Below are positions 23,494 to 33,608 of a stretch of DNA of 64,000 nt, one piece after another. The stretch comes from Podospora anserina (lineage: Eukaryota), in assembly GCA_017654855.1 (NCBI GenBank), contig CM030332.1, positions 4,154,001 through 4,218,000 on the forward strand, given 5' to 3'. The position numbers were made by a program, and so were the translations under genes. Every line of letters begins with the position of its first letter. Position 1 is the stretch's first letter. Below the pieces are notes generated by a model. That model made no database searches. It had not been told where the DNA came from and saw nothing but the letters and a program-made list of their open reading frames with translations.

Positions 23494-24720
23494 ATGTCTA
23501 CATGGCGAACCAATGCTCAACCCGTGACGTGGGACCGAGACGTATCTGCTGTTGAACCTCGACAGCAGCCGTGGAGGGGACCGCCTTGGTTGCCGCACCA
23601 GAGCCGAACGTATCCCATCACAACCATACTGACAATTCCAGCTCCAGTCCCATCTACTTCCACAGGACCAGACGAAGCACCAATAAGGACTGGTGCAGTA
23701 CCTTCAGAGACACTCTTGACTTTTACATCGATTTCGACCACTTCGCCTTTCTCTTCCTCCATCGCCTCCTCATACCCGGACACAGACGTGGCGGATATTA
23801 TGTCCACAGATATTCCGGCTTCAGCAGTCCCAACCACCGCCGATGCAGTAACCAACGAGACTTCTCCCGGTGGTGAGGACGGAGTTGCCGGCAACAAGAA
23901 CCTTGTTATCATATTGAGCACGGTGCTCTCGGCGGTGGCTGTGATTTTGATTGCGGGAGGGCTGTATTTGTGTTGGAGATATCGGCAACGACGACGACTG
24001 TTCTTTTCAAGAGGCATTACACCTATCGATGACGATGAAATTGCGACTTGGAAAGTGCCCAGGGACGAGAAGAATGGCTACCCAGCAGGAGACACCGATG
24101 TTGAAGGCGATGCTGCCTTCAACAAGGAAACAGGGGGACCATCTCACGGAAGACAGGTTTCGACGACCTCGATCAAGAAGCCACCCAGTGTCATCGTGTA
24201 CAACAACGTCCAGGGCTATCGTCAATCAATCGATGAGCCTACACCACGGCGCTCTTTTACTCAGCACCCGGTTTACGGCAAGATGAGCTTGGATAAGGGC
24301 CTTCCCCAAACACCAATTCAGGCCAGGGCACCCAACGCCAGGGCTGGCCTCACAGACGAATCCGTTCCAGGCGACGACCCATTTATACCGAGCCCGAAAC
24401 GGCAGACATCTCGCTTATCCAAGATTCCACCCAGCTCGGCATCTCACCGTCGGCATCACGGGAGGACAAGGAGTTCTCGGAGCAGTACCCGCAGTTTCGG
24501 AGATTATCGGTACGGGGGGTCAGATGTCGAACTATCTCCACGCCACTCGCATGATCAGTTTCGCTCCCGCCACCATCACTACAACCGCAATCACTCGCGA
24601 GTTTATTCATCATCGTCTATTCCACCCAGGCTCTCCCTGGGCGACGAGGCTCACTATAACGGAGGCTCTCCCGGCCGGCCGCTGTTCAAGGAGGACGAGA
24701 TTGGCCGAGCAATTGGATAA
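23494..24720 (+). CDS. Single-pass membrane protein with a Ser/Thr-rich N-terminal region and a cytoplasmic tail; start uncertain (ATG 23401 or 23494)
   Basis: Transmembrane segment LVIILSTVLSAVAVILIAGGLYLCW followed by basic RYRQRRR. Ordered blocks RGITPIDDDEIATWK and ARAPNARAGLTDESVPGDDPFI. Confidence 0.82.
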   Translation: MSTWRTNAQPVTWDRDVSAVEPRQQPWRGPPWLPHQSRTYPITTILTIPAPVPSTSTGPDEAPIRTGAVPSETLLTFTSISTTSPFSSSIASSYPDTDVADIMSTDIPASAVPTTADAVTNETSPGGEDGVAGNKNLVIILSTVLSAVAVILIAGGLYLCWRYRQRRRLFFSRGITPIDDDEIATWKVPRDEKNGYPAGDTDVEGDAAFNKETGGPSHGRQVSTTSIKKPPSVIVYNNVQGYRQSIDEPTPRRSFTQHPVYGKMSLDKGLPQTPIQARAPNARAGLTDESVPGDDPFIPSPKRQTSRLSKIPPSSASHRRHHGRTRSSRSSTRSFGDYRYGGSDVELSPRHSHDQFRSRHHHYNRNHSRVYSSSSIPPRLSLGDEAHYNGGSPGRPLFKEDEIGRAIG

Positions 24721-25772
24721 ACGGCTTTTCTTTTCACACACCCCTATAAGGGGCACTGCATATATTTTCTTTTTCTCTCTCTTCTATTCTTTTACATTTC
24801 TGATAGGCTGGTTCGAGCATCAGACTGGTGTTGGGGATGTGGCCCCTATTCTTTTTCCACACCGTGTAGGACGGTCAAGGCTGTTGAGGCAGACTTTTTT
24901 CTGGTTCAGATACGACAGGCCTCGACTTGCTTGTTTTCTATGGAACATTTTTGACTTCATTACTTGATAGCAGCCCTGAAGATGGCTGATGATATGATGA
25001 AGGCGGTTGATGGATATACCCCCGTTTTTTTTTTTTAACGGATGAATTAGTTTTTGTTTATTCCCACTTGAGATGGAAGAATGACGTGGTTGAGGTGCTG
25101 GCATTGCTTTTCATGATCGTGGATTACACTCCACATATCACCCTTTTTTTTTTTACGGAGGAGAGGAACGGGTGGGTGAGTGATACCCCTGACTTTCTCT
25201 TCTGGAAGGAAACGGGTGATCGGAACCGAGATGAGCGAACTCAACTCGACACAAGAAGAAGCAAAGCGGGCACAGACGACGACGACGTTGACGACGATCA
25301 TGGACATGGGATATGATTGGCTTTTGCGGGAGTACCCGTCGTCACGTCACTTTCACACACACGCACACTACAGAGACACATCCTGTAACAAATGTATGAG
25401 TAGTAGCTTACTAGCAGCACTTTTTCACCTTGAGATAGTTTGGCAATACTGCTACCAAAAACTACCGTTTCATGCGGGCTGCCAAACAGGAAAACAATGG
25501 TCCCAAACACTGGATAGATTTGTGAAGGTTCAAAAAACAAGTTATGGGCAAATGAGAGTACTTCCTGCACTGTAACCTGAAACAGGACGAGCCTTGGGAG
25601 GGTGAGAGAGGGCCCGAGCGAGCGACGACGGGCATGGGATGATGGTGAGGAAAAGAGGGAAATCAGGATCGCCAATGGCGTTTTTCGATTCTGGGGAATA
25701 CGGGCCCTGGCTGAAACAAAATGGGGTGGATGATGGGGGGCCAGAAGGAGATAAGAGTCCGAAAGGGGAATG

Positions 25773-25851
25773 TAACCAATAACCCTAACCCAGAGTTGGT
25801 GTTACAAAGGGCATGAAAGATCAGCTATGAGGGTTATGGTTAGGGTTAGGG
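25773..25851. repeat. Interstitial telomere-like repeats in inverted orientation
   Basis: TAACCAATAACCCTAACCC at 25773-25791 and GGGTTATGGTTAGGGTTAGGG at 25831-25851. Confidence 0.8.
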
Positions 25852-25882
25852 TCTTGAGACCTTTGAGTCTCAATTTCAATTA

Positions 25883-25888
25883 ACGCGT
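25883..25888. promoter_or_regulatory. Putative MCB (MBF, G1/S) element ACGCGT upstream of DPB4
   Basis: Exact ACGCGT about 410 bp upstream of a DNA replication gene; additional ACGCG cores at 25911 and 26176-26181. Confidence 0.55.
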
Positions 25889-26299
25889 CTACGACACAAA
25901 GACCAGCACAACGCGCCACAATTTTCTCCATTGGTGCTCCACCATCCAACAGACCGCTCACGCATCGTCAATTGTTGATGCTTAGCGAAACCACTTCTTC
26001 GGCTTGTCTAACTACATCGACGACCAGCAGTCGATTGCTGGACATTTACAAGAAACGAACTGCGCATTGAAGCATTGAAAAAAAAAAAGAAAACCCGATT
26101 GAGGAAGGAGCAGAGCATCCTTCTATAACACGGCCAGCCTCGTCTTATAGTTTCGATATACCCACTTTCAGCCCGTCGCGTTTATCAAAGTCATTCATTC
26201 AGCTTCAACTGTCCCCAATACTTGCGCTTGGAAAGTCCCACCCCGGCCGCTGTTGGGAATCGACCTTGAACAAAGACACCTGCCCAAAAATCACAAGCA

Positions 26300-27630
26300 A
26301 TGCCAGCCCGCAAGAGTGACGCCGCCGCTGCCGCTGCACGCCGAAGCGATGTCTCCGTCGCAAGATTCGTCCTCGCCGATGACGTCCCAGACGCCCCCGA
26401 TATACCAATGTCGACCGAGCCACCTGCCTCTGCAGCAGCTGCTGCTTCTGCCCCTCCAGCACCAACGCCGTCCTCCGCAGAAACCCCAGCTCCCACCTCC
26501 CACCCAGTAGTACCACCAGGCTCTGCTTCGCCAAACGACAAGAGACCAAAATCCGGCGGCGGTGGCGGCGGTGGTGGTGGTGGCCCAATGTCGGAAAAGG
26601 GGGACAAGGACAAGGAGGATGCAGTCACAATTGAGGTTCGCCCTTTATCATGTGTCTATGTTAGGGAAAAGGGGACTGTTATTGACATGAAAACAAGGAC
26701 CTCGCCCTCCCAAAATCAATCATCACCCGCCTCGCCAAGGGCGTCCTCCCAGCCAACACGCAGATCCAGGCCAATGCCATTTTGGCCTTGACAAAGTCGG
26801 CGACGGTGTTTATAAACCACTTGGCGAATGCGTATGCCCCCCCCTCTCTTCCCCTTTATCTCCCACGGTAACTAACAACCACCCTGCAGCGCAAACGAAA
26901 ACACCCTCGCCTCCAACAAGAAAACAATCATGCCCCCTGATGTCTTCAAAGCCCTAGATGACATTGAATACGGCTTCATGAAGGAGAGATTAGAACTCGA
27001 GTTTGCCAGTCTGTTTAACCTCCCCCCCCTCCCCCTTCCCTTTCCCGCTACCCCCTCCGCATTACTAACTTGCTCTTTGTCCCCCATATAGAATTCAACT
27101 CAATCCAAACCTCCAAACGGTCCACCTACCGCAAAAAAGTCGCGGCTGCCAAAAAGGCCGGCGCATCAGCTGGTGGTGGTGGTGTAGGGGAGGCGTCGTT
27201 TATGAGCACGGCTACTAATGATGCTGGGGATGAGGAGGAAGAGGGGGAGGATGTGGGGAATGATACTACCCAGGTTACAGAACGGGGTGCTGGTGGTGGT
27301 GGGGGGAGGTGTTTCGCGGCGGTGAATAAGCCCAAGATGGCGACGGCTGCTGCTGCTAGTGCTGAAACACCGTCGGGGGAGAGGAGCGCGAAGAAGGCGA
27401 GGTTGGATGCTGGTGCGAAGATGGAGGTTGATGGGCAGGTTTCGGATGCGGAGACTGTGGCTGATGAGGAGGAGGAGGGAGATGAGGAGGAGGAGGAGGA
27501 GGAGGAGGCGGAGGAGGAGGAGGAGGAGGAAGAAGAGGAGGAGGAGGGGGGTGAGGAGGGGAGTAGTGATGATGATAAGGTGGGGAGGGGAGGGGAGGAG
27601 GATGAGGCTTTGGATGATGATAGTGATTAA
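26300..27630 (+). CDS. DPB4: DNA polymerase epsilon subunit D / CHRAC histone-fold protein; exons 26300-26635, 26698-26831, 26890-27008, 27092-27630
   Basis: Spliced histone fold TIEDLALPKSIITRLAKGVLP..Q..A.LALTKSATVFINHLA..AN......KKTIMPPDVFKALDDIEY, plus a poly-Glu acidic tail. Three introns restore the frame. Confidence 0.9.
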
Positions 27631-29524
27631 TGGGTGTTGTGGGGGAGCTTGGGCGGCGGGGGTTCGGAGGGGGAGATAAAACTTAATTCATGTGTGGAAT
27701 GGATGATGTGAAATAGGGGGCAGGGTTAAGGAAGGGGTTGGTGGTCATGAAGCACACACTTCTTGCGTAAGATAACTGTATTTAGGTGGCATTTTTTTTA
27801 TGCTTCTTGCCCCGTATTCTTCACATCTACTGTGCTCTAATCACTTGTAACAATCGAGTTTATGTGGTCTGAGAGCTTCCGTTTTCTCTCTTTTATTCCC
27901 GTCATCCGGACGGTAGACCCGTTTCCGGCCTGGTGTGTCTGGTCTCTTGTATTTGTGGATATGGTCGGGTTAGTTGCTCCTTCCATTATGAGCATGACTG
28001 TCGGTTTAATGGGAAGGGGACATCCTGAGCTTCTGGAAAGAGCAAGGTATACCCTATGATCTACTAGAGAAAGAGCTTCTGTCAAATCGGAACAGACGGA
28101 AAGAGCTTCTGCCATACCAGCCAGCCAGCTGTTCAACACGGGAAAGAAAGAACAAGTCATAATAAGGGTTTTACGAGCAATACCAGCAAGTCTGAACACA
28201 AAGAAGAAAGTGATCTATCTACCCCCGAGCTATCATCACCTCCCCCTAACTCCCTCACCGAGGCAAAACCCACCTACCTGCAAGTAACCGCCACAACAAC
28301 CACAGGGATCCTCCATTTCAAACAGGACAAAACACAATACAACAGTCACAAGTCACTTTCAATAGAGAGAGATCATCACAAGCCCAAAAAGAAAACAACA
28401 CAAATTCATTGTTATTACTCCAAACTTTGTCCCTCTTCCCCTGTTAACCCCCTTCCCTTGCCCGTCCGTCACTTGACAGCAGCACGTCAGTCAGTCTTGC
28501 TAGCAGAATTTCCCATCCCGCTCCTCCCAAGAGAGAGGAAAAAAAAGGGAAAAGAAAAGAAACAAGGAAACACGCCCTCTCTCGCTGGCCAAAACCCCAA
28601 ACTAATCCACGTTATCTCCCCCATAACCCTCCACTTCCCCCATCACAAAACATAGATAACATCAACGACAAGAATTGGCAAAATCAAAAAAACAAGAGAT
28701 AAACTTGTTCAAACCCTACCTAATATCCAACATGCCCCCAATATCCCCAATCCAAAGAGATAAGCAACAAAATCAGAGTGTCAAGATATAATGAAGCAAA
28801 GACAGAAACAACAGCTACAACAAGTGCAAAAATCTTCCCACACTCCCTCCGTTTGCTCACCACAACTAGCAGCAGCATATGATCCATCCCAGCCTTGAAA
28901 AAAAGAAAAAAAACCCTCCCTCCTAATGCTGCCCGCCCAATATTGTGCCAAACAACATCTCGGAATGCCAAAGAAAAAAAATCAATGAAATCAAAAATAT
29001 AAACAACACAAATCAGAAGCGAAGAAACAGCAGAAAAATGACAACGACAACTTGACAGCGCAGAGATAGAGACACGGAAAAAAAGAGAGAGAGAAGAGAG
29101 TAAATGATGAAATTGCAGAAAAATATCCCTTCCTAACGCGGTGTCCAAAAGAGCCTCAAACCCCCTGCCGTCAACAATGACATTCTGTTGTCCTTCCTTC
29201 CCCAACCTCGGAAGAGTTACCAACCATTTTGCATGGATGGTGTGCAAAGAATATAATAATCCCAAGAACGGATAATCCAAAACAGAAAATGGTATCGTTA
29301 AAAAAGAAAAAAGCATATAAAGTAGTGCCCGCAAAAGATGGGGCTCCTCCTCGCCCGAGACTCCTCTATAAAATCCTGTCCCAAGTAGCCGGATCCAAAT
29401 ATGCTGTGGAAACCGACCCCCATGCCTTGCCTAACCCCCACACACTGAAAAAAGCACACAAATGCCTCTCCCATATCGACAAATCCTTGGAATTGTTTCT
29501 AAATACCGGAAACGCGCATCAAGC

Positions 29525-32186
29525 TCACTGCGGCTGGTTTGTCCACCACTGCGCAGGTGTTTGCTGTTGAGACCACGCCTGCGTGACGGCGGGTGGCGGT
29601 GCGCTCTGGTGCATGTACTGCCGGGGCGTCTGCTCAGCCGAATACATCCCCTGGGCTGAGGTGCTGTACCCTTGGTTCATGCCCGGCATTCCTGGATACG
29701 ACATGCCACCAGGCTGTTGCACTTGGCTCGATGTGCTGGAATGTCGCAGCTGAGGAGCGGGGGATTGCTGCGGGTGGGGAGACGGCTGAGACTGAGCCGT
29801 GTAGGCCGAATAGCCATGCTGCGGCGTCTGAGGCGTTGGTGGCCACATTTGGGTCTGGGGATAGCTGTAGTTCTGCGAGGTTGGCGGCAAGGTGCCCGTG
29901 GAGCCGGTTGGTGGGTAGGTTGGTCTGGAGCTGCTCTGGGATGGGTCCTGTGCCAGCCCCCGACCTGGGCCGCTAGGTCCAACAGAGGTGGGAGCATGCA
30001 CAGGTTGCGAGTACGGTGCAGCTGACATCATCAACTGGGGGCTTTGGTTGGAGATGATGCCAGGCTGCGGGATACCCTGTGTGGTGGTGTGCGTTGAGGG
30101 GGCTGGGCGGCTGGTCGACGCAGGTGCTTCGCTTGTGCCAACAGGCTGGCTCAGGGTCGTGGTGGTTGGTTGGTCGTGCTGTCGTCTCCAAATGTTCTGC
30201 ATGTAGTCATTCCGCATATCGCGTTGCGAGTTGACTGAACGGTTAAACTCTGCAGCATGGTGAGCTTGAGCGTGCAATTCTGTGATGGGCGTGGGTTGGA
30301 GTCGATCTTGATATGCTGGGCCGGTAATCTCCTGTCGTGGTCCCGTCTTGAGAATGTTCGAATAGTCTCTGCTGTGAGTATTGTTGTAATCTGGTCCTAG
30401 TGTTATCACGGGCATTCTGGTCGAACTTCCTGGCGTCGGTCTAAGCATACCTGGTTGCACGAGTTGCGGTTGAGGGCCACCGCCAAATTGGCCGGGATTG
30501 GTGCTGTAGACAATTTCACCGTGAGGAGCTCCAAGCATGCTTGCGGTGTGGTTTGCCTCGGCTTCTCGAGCCTTGGACGCACCAGGTCGTTTCTCTCCTG
30601 CCGGGTCAGCCTCGGTGAAGCCCTGTTTGCGAGCCTTGCTCTCCCAGTAGTCATCACGGACCCTCCGGCCATTCGTGATCACCCTGCTCCCAAACTGTCG
30701 AAACATGCTCCTGGCCGTAACAATGGCTATTTGCCGCGATCGGTAGGAGAAGGGGAGAATTTCCTGGTTTACCAAATCATCCTTTTCTTCCTGGCTGGCG
30801 ATGATCTTGTACAAGGACCTGTTCTTGTTAAATAACAGGTACGAGTCTCTATATCCCAACACTCGGGCACACTCGGTTGCAAGCATGAAAAGCTTCTCGC
30901 CACGGTGCGGCACGAAAAAGGTACGGCAACGGTACTCGCGGCCGCCTGTGAGCTGGCCGTTTGGCAAAACCTTCTTCTCGCCAGCCTCGTCAATTTCGCG
31001 TGGTAGGTACTCGTCATTGCCGGGCCCAAGCTGGTCGGTGGTGTGGTCGCGGACCGTTGGGAGCGCCTTCAAGGTCGACTTGGTCGGGGTGGGTTTGGGC
31101 GGCGACGACTGCGGTGGTGGTGGAGCGGGGGGGTAGGTGGGCGTCTGGACAGGCAGCGGAGCATTTTGGCTCTGTGGCGTTTGCGGGGGAGCTGTCTGAC
31201 GAGAGGGAGGTACCGGTGCCTGGGTGGCAGGTTCGGGGGCACCCCCGGATTGTCTGGACTTCATCGGTCTTCCTCTTTTTCTCGGCTTGTCACTACCTGA
31301 AGATTGCGTGACGGAGCTGTCAGCTTGTGGTCCCTGATCCCAGGTTTTACACGACGGGTCGCACAGCCACAGACATGTAACGCGGAGGTGTAGACCCGGA
31401 TAGCAAAGGCTGCGGCTACACAGAGACAGGTAAGAAGCAACAAGAAATCACAGAAGAGACGTACCGTCCTCACCAGTCGACCCGAGCGGTCCTTCGTCGG
31501 GATAATTCTGCGGAGAACGGCCCCGCTTGATGCCTCGAGAAGTCGCGTCTAACAGTTCTGGCAGGTTGTTCTCATCAGTATCGCACGCTCGTATCGGTGA
31601 TCGTCAATCAAAGTAAATATGCGCTTCATGCCTGAGTGGCTGTTGTTAGGAGAAGGCCGCGGGCTGGGTGAGTGGAAAGAAGCGATGACGAGAGGACGAG
31701 ACGCGTAAAGTGGAGATCGGGAGGGGCTGCGACACGCGCGGGGGCCAATCCACACATGGTTCATTTGCTGGGTCTGGGCGACGACCATGGCGAGATCAGG
31801 ACGTCGCGATGCTCTGGATGAACTGCGCCGGGCATCTCGGCGACGGCGACGGCGACAAGATCCAGGACTCGAGAGCTCAACGGACCGGTCTTTCTTTCTT
31901 GAGACATGTTTGGCGTGACTCGGTGGTTTCGAGGTCGACCTGCGTCACTAGATGGAGCTTGCCTTGCGCTGTGTGGGCTGACAGGTGTGCGGTGGACGGA
32001 CGGGCGGGCGCGCGCAAACACTGGCTGGAGCCGATGGGCAGCGCGGGCGACAAATAGTGTTGCCGAATTGAAAATATTCCAGTCCAGAGATCAGAAGCAA
32101 AGCCAAAAGAACGTACCTGGGTTGAGGGCTGCTGGGTTGATTGTTGCACTATCAGCGCCGTTGGGTATAGGCTGTGCAGCGTACAT
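29525..32186 (-). CDS. NPL6: RSC/SWI-SNF chromatin remodelling subunit Rsc7/Npl6/Swp82 family; exons about 32186-32117, 31557(or 31548)-31465, 31296-29525
   Basis: CRC-subunit domain DEAGEKKV...GGREYRCRTF...LFMLATECARVLGYRDSYLLF...VTARSMFRQFG. AT-hook-like KRGRP at the start of exon 3 and a Q/P-rich tail. Intron 31464-31297 is canonical; the first exon is less certain. Confidence 0.85.
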
Positions 32187-33582
32187 GAGTGCCGTCGTCG
32201 TCGACCACGTCAATGGGTCTGCGAAACGACGTGTCTTGATATAGTTGGGCTGGCGTGGAAGGGGGCACGCAGCCAAAAGCGCTCAAGCTTTTTTTTCCTG
32301 GTCTCTGCCTGGTCTCGCTCTGGGTCCTGGGTCCTGGTCTGCTGGGAACGCACGCGCTGGAGGGAAGGATGCAGGCAAGGAATGCTGCTGCTGCTGCTGC
32401 TCTCATGCATGTATGTGGTTGGAGAAAGGAACTCGAATAGAAAAACACGGGTGCGAAATGGAAATATGCGTGCTTTTCCTCTTGATTTGCTAGCCTGTTT
32501 TTTTTTCTCGCCTTCGGTGTTTATCACTTGCGAGGAGAGCTGGGCAGGCCACGGCCGGCGTGTCTCGAGAGAGATCAAGAGGCTCTCTCTCTCTCACTCT
32601 CTCTCTCTTCTGCTGCTCTTTCTCCTCACTCTCTCATCAGTTCGCGCTTTGCAGAATTGATGCGCAGACGCAATACGCGGGGTGAAGGCTAGTCCTGATT
32701 GGGAAAGGCAGCACCCCGGTCAGGTTCGGCAAGGCAAGGCAGCGGGAGGGCTGCAAAGTGACGATGGATCCGCAGCTGTTAGCGCGAGTGACTGTTCTGC
32801 AACGTTGACCTTGATCACCGTCTGGTCTTGATCTTGGCTCGGTCCGTATCAAGACATTTCGAAACAAATGCCTGGGTAGAGGGAGTCATCAGGCAGTCTG
32901 GGAATACGAAGAAGAGACGAACATGGCAGGTTTCGCAAGAGAAAAGCACCGAATCTGACGAGACGCGAGATGATGGCGCGTTGGTTGGTGGCGCATCGTC
33001 GTCCCAAAGTTCATCAGTACTATAGCTCGCTCTTGCGACTACACTATGCCAACCGCAAGTGCAGTAGCTGCAAGAGCAGCTGCTCATGTCAGATGAAACA
33101 CCACAGGTACCTGCTCTGGTGTTGCATTGCCATCTCGCTTTTCGTAACAGACACAGACGACAGAGCATAGCTGTTAACAGATAGGTAGCTCGTCCCCAGT
33201 GGCCGCGTGGAACCGCACCGCAGCGCGGAACGCCCATGCTCGTTGTGGTTGAACCGAAAGGAGGGGTGAGGATGGAGAGGGGCGGAACGGCTTCCTGGAT
33301 GTGGGTACGGACGGGTAAGCAGAGCATGGGCTGCATGGGTGCTCATTCAGCACGCTGGGTCTGATAGTGGCACAGTGCCAGAAACACAAACAGTCCTCTC
33401 TTCTTCCATGTTTATCTTCATCCTATGATAGTTGTGAGATTAGTAGCAGCATCTTGACACCCGTAACACGACAGAAAGCACAGGCTCCCTCTGGGTAGGT
33501 AAGTCTCTCCTATTCGAGTGTAACGAGGAGCTCAGTTCTTACACGCCAGGTGTGAAGCCAACAAGTGAACAGATGCAGGAAG

Positions 33583-33608
33583 CAAGGGTCAAGGGTCAAG
33601 GGTCAAGG
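33583..33608. repeat. Heptamer tandem repeat (CAAGGGT)3 + CAAGG
   Basis: Read directly. Confidence 0.9.

Noticed and set aside
28720..29334. 204-aa hydrophobic minus-strand ORF
   Set aside because: Product of the T-rich NPL6 3' region; F/L-rich low complexity and no ATG start.
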